This document shows, in pieces, positions 10,809-21,228 of a DNA stretch of 64,000 nucleotides (position 1 is its first letter; each line of letters begins with the position of its first letter). The notes under the pieces were generated by a model, which saw only the letters and a list, made by a program, of their open reading frames with translations, had not been told where the DNA came from and did no database searches. Both the position numbers and the translations under genes were made by a program. This DNA is from an uncultured Latescibacterota bacterium (GTDB taxonomy: Bacteria > Latescibacterota > UBA2968), in contig OX638329.1 in assembly GCA_951812755.1 (NCBI GenBank), forward strand, positions 5,355,563 through 5,419,562. The letters are read 5' to 3'.

Positions 10809-12020
10809 TTATGAAAGGATCAATCGCGCAACAGCATCTTCATCAAGCGTAATACCCAAACCGGGTTTTTCCGTCAAAGTAATATGCCCATTTTCAAGCA
10901 ACAAAGGCTCTGTAAGAAGTCCATTGCCAAAAGGACCGCGTGCAAAACCGCTGGGACATTCGGAGATAAAGCAATTGGGAGTAGCAGCACCGACATGCAG
11001 CCCCGCCATGAGATGAATAGGCGTGCTGGTACTCACATGAGACGCCCACGACACACCAAACACATCGGCTAATTGTGCAATACGCAGCGTTTCAGAAATA
11101 CCTCCAGCCCGACAAACATCCGGAAGAATGAGATCGCATTCCTTGTTCAGCAAACGATCTCGCACAACATAGCGGTTGCAGTCTGTCTCCCCAACAGCGA
11201 TCCGAATAGAAGTCGATTGGGTCAACTGCCGATACCCCTGATGATCTTCGGGCACCAGAGCATCCTCAAACCATTCTACATTGCCGAGATCCTCGAGCAA
11301 CCGGACAAAGCGGAGAGCGTCTTTAATATCGAATCCGCCATGCGCGTCAACGAGCAGCTTGCCGCGATCTCCCACAGCGCGGGACATCTCGCGGACAACG
11401 TGCATTTGTTCGTCTATCGTCCCTCGTCCACAAGAAGTTTTCACAACAGAAAAACCTTCATCCAGAACCCTTTCAATCCCCTCGCAACGAGACTCAATAG
11501 TCTGACCCGGCGTCCCCGATGAATACACGGGTATTTGCAAACGATAAGGACCTCCGAGCAAGCGCCAGATCGGTTCATTGTAATATTTGCCGAGTATATC
11601 CCAAAGCGCGATATCGACCCCCGCAATCGCCTCCAGCGTAAATCCCTGCGTATGGGAACGCAGGCGCATCGTCGAAAACATGCGTTCCCACAAAACGTCG
11701 ATTGAGCGCGGATCCTCCCCAATGAGCACAGGACTCAACAGATCTTCAACAATCGTTTTTACAACACGAGGCGCAGCCGGGGCATGAGCTTCGCCAATGC
11801 CCTCAATACCATCATCTGCACACACGCGAATAAGCGCTGTCGATCGCCCCGAAGGATAGACACAGAGATGTCGCGTATCGGCTCTGCCGAGAAAGGCCTG
11901 TGTGGATTGGGGCGCGACTTGCGGAAATTTTAATCCTGCGGTATCTTCATATCGCGTCGCACCCTGCTGGCGAGCGGTAGAGAGAATATCGCAGGTAATA
12001 GCGGTAATTTTCATTTTCAC
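10809..12020 (-). CDS. Mandelate racemase/muconate lactonizing enzyme family (enolase superfamily)
   Basis: GVDIALWDILGK, LLVDAH, WFED, GE, PD, KPGLGI. Confidence 0.9.
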   Translation of the reverse strand: MKMKITAITCDILSTARQQGATRYEDTAGLKFPQVAPQSTQAFLGRADTRHLCVYPSGRSTALIRVCADDGIEGIGEAHAPAAPRVVKTIVEDLLSPVLIGEDPRSIDVLWERMFSTMRLRSHTQGFTLEAIAGVDIALWDILGKYYNEPIWRLLGGPYRLQIPVYSSGTPGQTIESRCEGIERVLDEGFSVVKTSCGRGTIDEQMHVVREMSRAVGDRGKLLVDAHGGFDIKDALRFVRLLEDLGNVEWFEDALVPEDHQGYRQLTQSTSIRIAVGETDCNRYVVRDRLLNKECDLILPDVCRAGGISETLRIAQLADVFGVSWASHVSTSTPIHLMAGLHVGAATPNCFISECPSGFARGPFGNGLLTEPLLLENGHITLTEKPGLGITLDEDAVARLILS

Positions 12021-12121
12021 CTCTTGGGGTGTGTTATCGTGGAATATATCGAAAAGTAAAAATAGGATGGAAATCTGCTATTTGCAAATCTCTGTCAAAA
12101 AAATTTTAACAGGAGGTAGCC

Positions 12122-13483
12122 GTGGCCGAACAATCACATTTATTAAATGACGAAGCAATATTGCATTTTATAGCGCGGGGATATTGCGTGGTCAAGACCA
12201 GTGTCACGCCGCATATCCACGCACAAATACTGACAGATGCAAAAAAAACCCTGGCAGAGGGAAACCCGGGCAATGACATATTACACGCCGCACCGGGATT
12301 GCGCGAAATTTTTGACGACGAAGCAATGGTTGGCGCGCTATCGAGCCTCCTCGGCGATTCCTATGTCATGCACTGCCACAGGCATTGCCATCGCAATATC
12401 GCGGGCACAGAAGGCCGAAATTTTCATCAGGACGGATCAACGCGTCGATTCGCTGGCTGGAGCCGACCCTGGCGGCGTCACCATCGCCCCCGAACAGTAA
12501 TGGCGATTTGTTATCCACACCAGACGCCGATTGAAATGGGACCCACTGGCGTGATACCCGGAACGCAGTATTACAGCGCGAAACCCAAAAATGAGTTCGA
12601 TTACGAATTCCCATTTGCGGTTGTCGATCCCGGCGATGTATTGCTCGTACACTTTGATTTATTTCATCGGGTATCCAGCAACACAAGCGACCGCGATCGG
12701 TACATGATGAAATTTTTGTTCAAGCGCACAGAAGAGTCAACAGCCCCGAGTTGGCATGCCGCATCAAATTTTGACCCCAACTTCGACACCCTTGCCCATC
12801 GGATAGAACCCGACCATCCCTCCGACGTCTTATTGCGCCACCCCCACGTATGGGAATTTATGTGGCGCTGGATGCGCGGTGAACCCCTGCCCGAATGGAG
12901 TGATGACGCACCCGTCTCTATAGGCGATATGATGCACAACCTGAACAGCGACGACTCAGGCGTCGCACTCAATGCCACCTACGCACTGGGACGATTGGGC
13001 AAGCGCGCAGTACCCGCATTGATGGATGTATTGCTGGGACAAGATGAAGCACTGCGAGAGCGAGTTCCCGCGGCACTATCAGCAGCGGGCGGACACGCAG
13101 TAGATGCACTCGTCCATGCATTAACACACTCTGATGACTGGGTGCGCGCAACCGCTGCGGATACCCTGGGCGACATTGGTTTGCCGGCCCTCGACGCGCT
13201 ACCCGCTATTCGCAACGCACTATCAGACCGCGACGACTGGGTGCGCCACAATGCCACGCGCGCATTGACTATCTGGAGCAAAGCTGCCGAAATCGCCCGC
13301 GATGACTTGCTCACAGCACTAAAAGACGAGGAGCCTTTTGTCGGCTTCAACGCGCTAACAGCTCTGGAACACATGGACTGCGTTGACGATACACAGGTAC
13401 TGCCATTGCTAAAAGCAATGCAACACCACGAACACACGCGATTGCGCTATCAGGTGAACGAAATGCTACAGCGCGTAGCCTGA
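12122..13483 (+). CDS. PhyH dioxygenase fused to HEAT/PBS-lyase repeats
   Basis: HQD and DLFHR motifs; C-terminal VRATAADTLG-type repeats. Confidence 0.85.
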   Translation: MAEQSHLLNDEAILHFIARGYCVVKTSVTPHIHAQILTDAKKTLAEGNPGNDILHAAPGLREIFDDEAMVGALSSLLGDSYVMHCHRHCHRNIAGTEGRNFHQDGSTRRFAGWSRPWRRHHRPRTVMAICYPHQTPIEMGPTGVIPGTQYYSAKPKNEFDYEFPFAVVDPGDVLLVHFDLFHRVSSNTSDRDRYMMKFLFKRTEESTAPSWHAASNFDPNFDTLAHRIEPDHPSDVLLRHPHVWEFMWRWMRGEPLPEWSDDAPVSIGDMMHNLNSDDSGVALNATYALGRLGKRAVPALMDVLLGQDEALRERVPAALSAAGGHAVDALVHALTHSDDWVRATAADTLGDIGLPALDALPAIRNALSDRDDWVRHNATRALTIWSKAAEIARDDLLTALKDEEPFVGFNALTALEHMDCVDDTQVLPLLKAMQHHEHTRLRYQVNEMLQRVA

Positions 13484-13591
13484 TCAATTGTTAAAAATAT
13501 ATTACAAGTATTGACTTTTGCGCCGAATACTTATAATGTTGCCCGTGATTGAGATAAATTTCCACAATTTAACACTCTGTGAGGAACGAAC

Positions 13592-13849
13592 ATGGCAGAC
13601 AAAAAACGGGTTTACTTTCAAGTGGAAGCACCCAGAGCGGGTGATGTTGTCGTATCGGGCGACTTTAACAACTGGGAACAACGGTCTTTGAAACCCAATA
13701 AAAAGGGCCAATGGACAACCTGGACAACCCTGACACCTGGGCGATATGAATATCGGTATCAGATCGACGGTGAATGGCGCAATGATCCCGAAGCACCTGC
13801 TGTGCCCAATGAATTTGGGTCGGAGAACAATGTTGTGGTCGTAGGTTAA
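13592..13849 (+). CDS. Stand-alone glycogen-binding (CBM48/AMPK-beta-like) protein
   Basis: VSGDFNNW, LTPGRYEYRYQIDGEW, NEFGSENN. Confidence 0.9.
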   Translation: MADKKRVYFQVEAPRAGDVVVSGDFNNWEQRSLKPNKKGQWTTWTTLTPGRYEYRYQIDGEWRNDPEAPAVPNEFGSENNVVVVG

Positions 13850-13873
13850 AACCCTCTCAAAATTCCAACACAG

Positions 13874-13908
13874 AATCGCCTGTCCTCTATATCGGGCAGG
13901 CGATTTTT
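13874..13908 (+). terminator. Intrinsic terminator
   Basis: AATCGCCTGTCC/GGGCAGGCGATT stem followed by T tract. Confidence 0.75.
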
Positions 13909-13980
13909 GCGTTTTTTAGCACTTTCATATATTTTCTCGTATGTGTATTTTGCACGACCATAAGGCATCGAGGAGGTATA

Positions 13981-14808
13981 ATGTCTTCCAAACGCAAACA
14001 GTTAATTCGAGACGGATTCTGTGTATTTAAAAAAGTACTCACTCCCGAGATGGTCAGGCGCACAAATGAGGCATCCAATCACCTATTAGACGCGCAAGAT
14101 GCCGAGTACTTTGAGGCACAGAAATCCACGGGAAGTTTGATTAGCATTTACCATGACGACTTTTTTTCCGAACTGGTCACATGGCCAAAAGCACTAAATG
14201 CTCTGCGGGAAATGGGCTTTGATCAACCCACTTTCTCCTCGGGTTTTATAATCAGCAAACCCCCGCACAGCCCACCCCTATTCTGGCATCAAGATTGGTG
14301 GGGATGGAATGATCCCATAAGTTATGAACCCCTGCCGCAACAGGTATTTTTGATGTACTATCTCGTAGATACCTCGCGTGAAAATGGATGTTTAAGGTTA
14401 ATCGAAGGTTCGCACTTAAAACGACATCCCCTGCACGATATAACCCCCGAAGCACATACTGAAGATTTGAGGCGCGTATCCGATCCAGACCATCCGGCCT
14501 ATCAGTCGTATCCCGACGAGCGGGATGTTCCCGTGCGTGCTGGCGATCTGGTCATCGGCGATTCGCGGCTATTGCACAGCGCACACGCCAACAAAACGGA
14601 CCAACGGCGGACAGTCATCACACTGTGGTACCACCCGATATATAACGAACTGCCCGACGGCATGCGCGCTCGCCTGGCGAACCGACACCCGATTCCAGAT
14701 CACTGGTCTGAAGAAGCCGCCCACAAAATCGCGCCACTGATGCCCATTTACGAAGGCGAATGCGAAGAACTCGAATGGAATCGTGTCCCAGGACCAGCGT
14801 TAGTGTGA
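13981..14808 (+). CDS. PhyH-family dioxygenase
   Basis: WHQD, NGCLRLIEGSH, AGDLVIGDSRLLHSA. Confidence 0.9.
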   Translation: MSSKRKQLIRDGFCVFKKVLTPEMVRRTNEASNHLLDAQDAEYFEAQKSTGSLISIYHDDFFSELVTWPKALNALREMGFDQPTFSSGFIISKPPHSPPLFWHQDWWGWNDPISYEPLPQQVFLMYYLVDTSRENGCLRLIEGSHLKRHPLHDITPEAHTEDLRRVSDPDHPAYQSYPDERDVPVRAGDLVIGDSRLLHSAHANKTDQRRTVITLWYHPIYNELPDGMRARLANRHPIPDHWSEEAAHKIAPLMPIYEGECEELEWNRVPGPALV

Positions 14809-15068
14809 TGATTATGACCAAACCAAAACTATATGAAGAAGTGGCACTGACGCGCAACATCCCGAAAGAAAACTTAAAACAGGGTGATGTTGCTGTCGTG
14901 GTCGAGTACGTACCACATCCTGCGGGTGGAGAAGAAGGAGCAATTTTAGAAATTTTTAATGCCATTGGCGAATCCGTAGCCGTGGTCACAGTACCCATCT
15001 CCGCGATTAAATCGCTACGTGCTGATCAAGTGTTGATGGTCCGAGAGATGGCTCCTGCAAGATCGTAA
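14808..15068 (+). CDS. DUF4926 domain protein
   Basis: VALTRNIP..LKQGDVAVVVE...EGAILE; TGATG coupling to upstream gene. Confidence 0.75.
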   Translation: MIMTKPKLYEEVALTRNIPKENLKQGDVAVVVEYVPHPAGGEEGAILEIFNAIGESVAVVTVPISAIKSLRADQVLMVREMAPARS

Positions 15069-15089
15069 AAACCACAAAGCGAAAACAAC

Positions 15090-16142
15090 ATGAAAATCGC
15101 CGCTCTCATCTCCGGTGGTGTCGATAGTTCGGTGGCTTTGAACATATTAAAAAACGAAGGCCACGACCTGACGGCATATTACTTAAAAGTATGGCTCGAA
15201 GACGAACTCGCTTTCCTGGGGGAGTGTCCCTGGGAAGCCGACCTGAAATTCGTCCGATCCGTATGTGACCAACTCAATGTACCCCTAAAAGTAATCTCCC
15301 TGCAATCGGAATACCTCGAACGCGTCGTATCTTATGCACTCGAAGAACTACGCGCTGGACGCACACCCAGTCCAGATATATTTTGCAATCAGCGGATCAA
15401 ATTCGGCGCATTCTTTGACCACATCGACAGCAGTTATGAAAAAGTGGCAACCGGGCACTACGCACAAATCGCACAGAGCAATGGAACTTATCATCTAAAA
15501 CGCGCCCCCGATCCCATCAAAGATCAGACCTACTTCTTATCCGGCATGTATCAATCACAGGTCGCGCGGGCATTATTTCCCATCGGAAACATGATGAAAA
15601 ACGAAGTGCGCCAACTCGCCCGGGATTTTGACCTGCCAAATCAAGCGCGAAAAGACAGCCAGGGAATATGCTTCCTGGGCAAAATCAGATACCCGGACTT
15701 TATCGCATTTCACCTGGGCGAAAAAAAAGGCGATATTATCAATAGAGAAACCGGACAAATCCTGGGACCTCATCGGGGCTACTATTATTGCACAATTGGA
15801 CAACGGTATGGCCTGGGATTGAGCGGGGGACCCTGGTACGTCGTACAAAAAGATGTTGAACGCAACATCATATTTGTATCTCACGCCACGAGGTACAAGA
15901 ACACATCGCGGAACCAATTTGTCGCGACAAATCCCAATTGGATAGCAAAACCACCAGACAAAACCGCCCTGCAATTAAAACTGCGTCACGGGCCAGAACT
16001 GATCAACTGCGAAATCGAAACAACAGACGACAACAGCTTATCCGTAACCATAGCAGAAAAAGACTCCGGCATTGCGCCCGGACAATTCGCCGTATTTTAT
16101 GACGGCGACCTCTGCCTCGGCAGCGCGGTAATTGACCACTAA
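15090..16142 (+). CDS. mnmA: tRNA 2-thiouridylase
   Basis: SGGVDSS, TPSPDIFCN, ATGHYA, KDQTYFL, DSQGICF, PGQ. Confidence 0.97.
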   Translation: MKIAALISGGVDSSVALNILKNEGHDLTAYYLKVWLEDELAFLGECPWEADLKFVRSVCDQLNVPLKVISLQSEYLERVVSYALEELRAGRTPSPDIFCNQRIKFGAFFDHIDSSYEKVATGHYAQIAQSNGTYHLKRAPDPIKDQTYFLSGMYQSQVARALFPIGNMMKNEVRQLARDFDLPNQARKDSQGICFLGKIRYPDFIAFHLGEKKGDIINRETGQILGPHRGYYYCTIGQRYGLGLSGGPWYVVQKDVERNIIFVSHATRYKNTSRNQFVATNPNWIAKPPDKTALQLKLRHGPELINCEIETTDDNSLSVTIAEKDSGIAPGQFAVFYDGDLCLGSAVIDH

Positions 16143-16157
16143 AAAAGAGAGGGCACA

Positions 16158-16493
16158 ATGAGCATTGAACAGGCGCGGGCCGCCGTTGAATCCGGCGATA
16201 TAGACACCCTTAAAAGACTGATAGCAGAAGATCCACAACTGGTCAATAAAACCACAGCGGACAATCCCCGCACACTTTTGCACACACTCTGCGATTATCC
16301 CGCGCACAGACCCAGATACCGCGAATCCGCAGAAATTTTGATACGTTCAGGTGCGGATGTCAATGCGCGGGCAAAGTTCGAGAGAAAAACCGACCCTGGC
16401 GAAACACCTCTGGATCAAGCTGTGGACAGAAAACACACCGAAGTTGCGAACTGGTTGATGACAATTGGCGCGAAACGATCCGTGAACTTATAA
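16158..16493 (+). CDS. Small ankyrin-repeat protein
   Basis: TLLH, GADVNAR, GETPLDQA. Confidence 0.8.
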   Translation: MSIEQARAAVESGDIDTLKRLIAEDPQLVNKTTADNPRTLLHTLCDYPAHRPRYRESAEILIRSGADVNARAKFERKTDPGETPLDQAVDRKHTEVANWLMTIGAKRSVNL

Positions 16494-16519
16494 TGTCATG
16501 GCATTGAAGGAAACCCAAC

Positions 16520-17464
16520 ATGAACAAAGTAGGCTTAGTTCAACATCCTGATTTTCAAAAACACGACACGGGAGGCGCGCATCCCGAGCGACCCGAGCGA
16601 TTAAAAACACTGCATGCCCATCTGGATGCAACGGGCCTGACAAAAGACCTCATAACACTCGAGCCCCGACATGTCGATACCTCCTGGCTGGAAAAAGCAC
16701 ACACCCCCGAGCATATTGCAAATGTGAAAGCGCGATGTACACAGGGCATCACGTACATGGACGATTTCGACACCAGAATCTGTCCACTATCTTTTGACAT
16801 TGCCCGACTCGCTGTCGGTGCGACATTTGAAGCCATTGACGCGGTCATGGACGCGCGCGTACACACGACTTTTTGTGCCGTGCGCCCCCCCGGGCACCAT
16901 GCCGAACGCGATCACGCAATGGGATTTTGCCTATTTAGCAACGCGGTCATTGCCGCGCGATATATTCAAGAAACATATTCCCTTGAACGCATAGCAATTG
17001 TAGATTGGGATGTACATCACGGCAATGGCACACAGCACATTTTAGAAACCGACCCCTCAGTATTCTTCTTTAGCATCCACCAATACCCCCATTATCCCGG
17101 CACGGGACGAACTGACGAAACAGGTATTGGCGCAGGAGAAGGATTCACACTAAATGCACCCGTACCTGCAGGCAGCGATGACGCCGTGTATTTGCGCATA
17201 TTCGACGACATATTTTTGCCCGCCATGCACACATTTAAACCGCAATTTGTCATTATCTCCGCTGGATTTGACGCGCATCGGTCCGACCCCTTATCGGCCA
17301 CTCAAGTGACAGAATCTGGTTTTGCCGAAATGACAAAGCGCGTAATGGCTGTCGCACAAGATCACGCAGAGGGAAGGCTAATCTCTCTCCTGGAGGGTGG
17401 ATATGATCTGGGCGGCCTCTCGCGCAGCGTCGAATCCCATATAAAGGAGCTAATGAATGGGTGA
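16520..17464 (+). CDS. Histone deacetylase family protein
   Basis: HPERPERL, RPPGHHA, DWDVHHGNGT, SAGFDAH, LEGGY. Confidence 0.95.
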   Translation: MNKVGLVQHPDFQKHDTGGAHPERPERLKTLHAHLDATGLTKDLITLEPRHVDTSWLEKAHTPEHIANVKARCTQGITYMDDFDTRICPLSFDIARLAVGATFEAIDAVMDARVHTTFCAVRPPGHHAERDHAMGFCLFSNAVIAARYIQETYSLERIAIVDWDVHHGNGTQHILETDPSVFFFSIHQYPHYPGTGRTDETGIGAGEGFTLNAPVPAGSDDAVYLRIFDDIFLPAMHTFKPQFVIISAGFDAHRSDPLSATQVTESGFAEMTKRVMAVAQDHAEGRLISLLEGGYDLGGLSRSVESHIKELMNG

Positions 17465-18347
17465 AACAAAAAAAATAATCGTAGCATTTCAAGGTGAACA
17501 CGGCGCATTCAGTGAAATGGCCGCGCGTTCGTACTTTGGCAAAGATGTGGAAGTCGTACCACAACGCGATTTTTCAGCCCTGTTCGCAGCTGTCGCACAC
17601 GGAGAGTGTACACACGGCATAGTGCCGATTGAAAATTCATTAATGGGTAGCATTCACGAAAATTACGATCACCTATCGGCGCACCATTTACAGATCATCG
17701 GCGAACTGAAATTGCGCATCGTACACAATCTAATTGTAAACCCAGGTGTAAAATTAGAAGACATCCGCCATATCTATTCCCAGGCACCTGCACTGGCCCA
17801 GTGTACGCAATTCACTGCATCCCTGTCACGCGCCGAAACAATTATGACCGCCGATACCGCAGGAGCCGTAAAGGCTTTGAAAACATCGGGCGCACGCGAT
17901 GCCGCTGCAATAGCGAGTGCCCAGGCAGCCTGGGATTACGATCTGGAAATTTTGCAGGCGGGCATTGAAGACGACCACCAAAATTACACGCGATTTTTAG
18001 TCGTCACATCCGAGGCTATAGCACCTGAAAATCCGGATATCCAGATGCCCGCAAAAACATCGATCGTATTCGCCATGAAAAATGTGCCCGGCGCATTGTT
18101 TAAAAGTCTGAGCGTATTTGCATTGCGCGACCTCAATCTGCTCAAAATAGAATCTCGCCCCCTTGCGGGCAAACCCTGGGAATACGCCTTCTCGCTCGAC
18201 TTTGAAGGCCATATCCGTCAAGAACCCTGCGCCCGCGCCATTGAACACCTGCGCGAAATCGCGACCTTTGTAAAAATTCTCGGTTCTTATCGACAAGGAG
18301 AAATGGTCGAAGGCAAAGTTTGGAAAGACGTAAAACGTAAGACGTAA
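17457..18347 (+). CDS. pheA: Prephenate dehydratase (PDT-ACT)
   Basis: FQGEHGAFSE, PIENS, NYTRF, KIESRP. Confidence 0.93.
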   Translation: MGETKKIIVAFQGEHGAFSEMAARSYFGKDVEVVPQRDFSALFAAVAHGECTHGIVPIENSLMGSIHENYDHLSAHHLQIIGELKLRIVHNLIVNPGVKLEDIRHIYSQAPALAQCTQFTASLSRAETIMTADTAGAVKALKTSGARDAAAIASAQAAWDYDLEILQAGIEDDHQNYTRFLVVTSEAIAPENPDIQMPAKTSIVFAMKNVPGALFKSLSVFALRDLNLLKIESRPLAGKPWEYAFSLDFEGHIRQEPCARAIEHLREIATFVKILGSYRQGEMVEGKVWKDVKRKT

Positions 18348-18400
18348 AACGTGAGACGTAAAAAGCACCCCCCTCTCACCTCTTACGTCTCACCTCTCAC
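18328..18400. repeat. Heptamer arrays (ACGTRAR)x5 then complementary (STCTYAC)x4
   Basis: Seen directly; the arrays can pair as an imperfect hairpin and overlap the pheA stop. Confidence 0.7.
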
Positions 18401-18419
18401 CTTCTTTTAAGGATTTTAC

Positions 18420-20534
18420 ATGGCAAGCCAAAGATACAAAAATCTGTATGCACAAATAGAAACAGCACTGCGAGAAAAACCCAAACGCACACAGCTCTAC
18501 AACGCAGTCAAACGGGCGCGAGATGCACGGCGCACGGCAATTGATATTTTGCCACAAGGAGAGGCATTTCGCAAAGAAGTCCGCGACATCAAAGTGCGGT
18601 GCCTGCACAATCTGGACGACCTGGTCGATCAATTTGCCGCAAAAGTCGAATCGCGCGGAGCAAAGGTCTTTCTCGCAAAAGACGGTGCTGCTGCGATTGA
18701 CTATATCTTAAAGCTATCAGCAGAGAAAAATGCCGAGACAGTGGCAAAATCAAAATCGCTAACAAGCGAAGAGATCGAAGTCAATCACCCGATGGAGGAC
18801 GCGGGCTTAGAAGTAATCGAGACCGACCTCGGCGAGCTTATTATCCAGAAAGTCCACGAAAAACCATTCCATCTGGTATTTCCCGCAGTTCATAAAACCG
18901 CAGTTGAAGTAGCCGAAATATTTAAAAAAGAAACAGGTGAGGATGTCCCCAACGATGTAGATGCAATTATGAAAATCGTACGCAAATACCTGCGACCGAT
19001 TTTTCTCAACGCCGATATCGGCATGACAGGCGCGAATGTCGGCGTTGCCGAATCGGGCACTATCCTGATCGAAACCAACGAAGGCAATGCCCGTCTGGTA
19101 TCGAGCATTCCAGATGTACACATCTGCATTATGGGACGCGAAAAAGTAGTGGAAACAGTAGATGATGCGTTGCAAATGATGTTGGCACATCCCGTCAGCG
19201 CAGTCGGCCAACACACGACAACCTATGTAACGTGGATGAGTGGCAGATCGCCTCTGGGGCAGGGCGAGGGACGCGCACCGCGAGAATCGCATATCATCAT
19301 CCTGGACAATGGCCGCACCAGAATGCAAGAAGACCCCCTCTTTTCAGACGCACTCAACTGCATCCGCTGCGGCGCCTGTATGAATATCTGCCCGACATAC
19401 GGCGTGGTCGGCGGACATACATTTGGATACATATACCCCGGACCGATAGGCATACCCTGGACAGCTGAAGTTCACGGCGTAGATAAGGCCGGCGACTTCG
19501 CCCCGCTGTGTATCTCGTGTGGATTGTGCAAAGAAATATGCCCGGCAGAAATCGATATCCCGATGATGATAGCCGGGGTAAAAGACCGCGACAGCGAAGT
19601 CAACCCGCATCCGCGCGTCAACAAAATGCTGATGGCCGCTGAAAAAGCCGCAAAAATGGGCAGCTTGACAGCACCCATATCCAATTGGATAATGGGCATT
19701 GGATTGGTGCGATGGGCAATGGGTATTGATCGGCGGCGTCAGCTACCCAAATTCAGCCGAAAAACACTCGTAAAACGCTTCGCAAAACGCGGGCCGTCTC
19801 CCGTATCGAACCCCGTTCGCAAAGTAGCTTTTTTTACAGACCTATTTGCCAATTACAACGACCCCGACCTGGGAATGGCGGCAATCGAACGCTTGGAAGC
19901 ACTCGGTTGCGAAGTCATCATCCCCCCGCAAAAAAGCAGCGGATACCCCTACATCGGCTACGGCGACCTGAAAAACGCGAAAAAAATTGCACGCGAGAAC
20001 GTAGATCTCCTCTTGCCCTATATACAGCAGGGCTATGAGGTGGTTGCAACAGAACCCACGGCAACGTATTGCCTGAAAATTTCATACCCCAAATTGCTCG
20101 ATAAAGCAGAAGATGTCGTCTCTGTCGCCGAACACACGTATGAGTTCTTCGAGTTCCTATCCCTGCTCGAAAGCAATATTGAAGATAGTGAGCAAAATAC
20201 TCTGCGCGGACGCGCATTTGGATTCCACATCCCTTGCCACCAGCGTCCTCTGGGTGCAGGCGAACACGCAATGGCATTCTTGCGCCAGCGGGGTGCAGAC
20301 GTCGCCCTCATAGAAACAGGCACCTGCTGCGGCATGGCGGGAACATTTGGCCTGAAAGCCGGACCTCTCGGCTACGAACTCGCACAGGCTGTTGGAGAGC
20401 CACTCTTCGAAGGCTTTCGCGAAGCCAACGTAGAAGCCATCGTAACAGAAAGCAGCGTGTGCGCCATCCACCTCTCAGAAGGAACCGAACTCGAAGTCTG
20501 GCATCCCTTAAACCTGCTTCGTCTCCTGGAGTAG
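18420..20534 (+). CDS. LutB-like LUD/ferredoxin protein fused to CCG (GlpC-like) domains
   Basis: KSKS, ETDLGE, NEGN, CIRCGACMNICP, CISCGLCKEICP, CCGMAG. Confidence 0.88.
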   Translation: MASQRYKNLYAQIETALREKPKRTQLYNAVKRARDARRTAIDILPQGEAFRKEVRDIKVRCLHNLDDLVDQFAAKVESRGAKVFLAKDGAAAIDYILKLSAEKNAETVAKSKSLTSEEIEVNHPMEDAGLEVIETDLGELIIQKVHEKPFHLVFPAVHKTAVEVAEIFKKETGEDVPNDVDAIMKIVRKYLRPIFLNADIGMTGANVGVAESGTILIETNEGNARLVSSIPDVHICIMGREKVVETVDDALQMMLAHPVSAVGQHTTTYVTWMSGRSPLGQGEGRAPRESHIIILDNGRTRMQEDPLFSDALNCIRCGACMNICPTYGVVGGHTFGYIYPGPIGIPWTAEVHGVDKAGDFAPLCISCGLCKEICPAEIDIPMMIAGVKDRDSEVNPHPRVNKMLMAAEKAAKMGSLTAPISNWIMGIGLVRWAMGIDRRRQLPKFSRKTLVKRFAKRGPSPVSNPVRKVAFFTDLFANYNDPDLGMAAIERLEALGCEVIIPPQKSSGYPYIGYGDLKNAKKIARENVDLLLPYIQQGYEVVATEPTATYCLKISYPKLLDKAEDVVSVAEHTYEFFEFLSLLESNIEDSEQNTLRGRAFGFHIPCHQRPLGAGEHAMAFLRQRGADVALIETGTCCGMAGTFGLKAGPLGYELAQAVGEPLFEGFREANVEAIVTESSVCAIHLSEGTELEVWHPLNLLRLLE

Positions 20535-20620
20535 AGCGCATCCTATAGGACCTATTCCCCTAACCCCCTTCCCGTCTCGGGGAGGGGTCAGAATTATTTT
20601 TGAAACAATTCAAAAAAAAC

Positions 20621-20657
20621 TTGCATTTTAATACAAGTGTATTATATTAGTAATACA
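20621..20657 (+). promoter_or_regulatory. Sigma70-like promoter overlapped by a YtrA-type operator TGTATTA-N6-TAATACA (20638-20657)
   Basis: TTGCAT -35, TATATT -10; perfect 7-bp palindrome typical of YtrA-subfamily GntR sites. Confidence 0.7.
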
Positions 20658-20686
20658 GTAATTCACTTATTGGAAAAATACCTCAT

Positions 20687-20829
20687 TGGTCTTGCAAAAA
20701 AATCTGCTAACATTTTTTCTAATAGACTGGATTGCGGCTTAAAGCATGCCGCAATGACAACCGTCGTTCGTCACTCCGGCGCAGGCCGGAGTCCAGTGGA
20801 TTTAGACACGAAACTTATTTGAAAGACCA
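20687..20829. mobile_element. MITE family A, copy 2 (inverted)
   Basis: TGGTCT...AGACCA ends; CTCAT duplicated at 20682-20686 and 20830-20834. Confidence 0.75.
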
Positions 20830-20832
20830 CTC

Positions 20833-21228
20833 ATGTTGATCTCAATTGACCATCACAATGGCATACCCGTTTTTCGTCAGATCATCGACCAGGTGAAATT
20901 TCACGTAGTCAGCGGGCTACTCGCGCCGGGTGATGAACTGCCCTCGACCCGTGCATTATCGGGACAACTGGGACTCAACCCAATGACAGTGAGCAAAGCG
21001 TACAGCTTATTGGAAGCAGAGGGATTGGTAGAGCGGCGGCGCGGACGACCCTTAACCGTAAAACCCTTACGAGATCAGACCGTACACGCCGAAAAACTGG
21101 CACAACTCAAACCACAACTCACACAATTGGCAACAATGGTTCGGCAGTTGGGGGTTGATCGGGCGGAAGTCGTAGATCTTTTTCTCTCCATCTTAGATAC
21201 CCTGGAGGAAGACAATGATGGCACATGA
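20833..21228 (+). CDS. GntR family regulator, YtrA subfamily
   Basis: PVFRQII, LPSTRALS, NPMTVSKAYSLLE; short C-domain; precedes ABC genes. Confidence 0.92.
   Translation: MLISIDHHNGIPVFRQIIDQVKFHVVSGLLAPGDELPSTRALSGQLGLNPMTVSKAYSLLEAEGLVERRRGRPLTVKPLRDQTVHAEKLAQLKPQLTQLATMVRQLGVDRAEVVDLFLSILDTLEEDNDGT

Noticed and set aside
13511-13537. TTGACT/TATAAT promoter for the CBM48 gene
   Set aside because: Spacing of 15 nt is suboptimal, so not called
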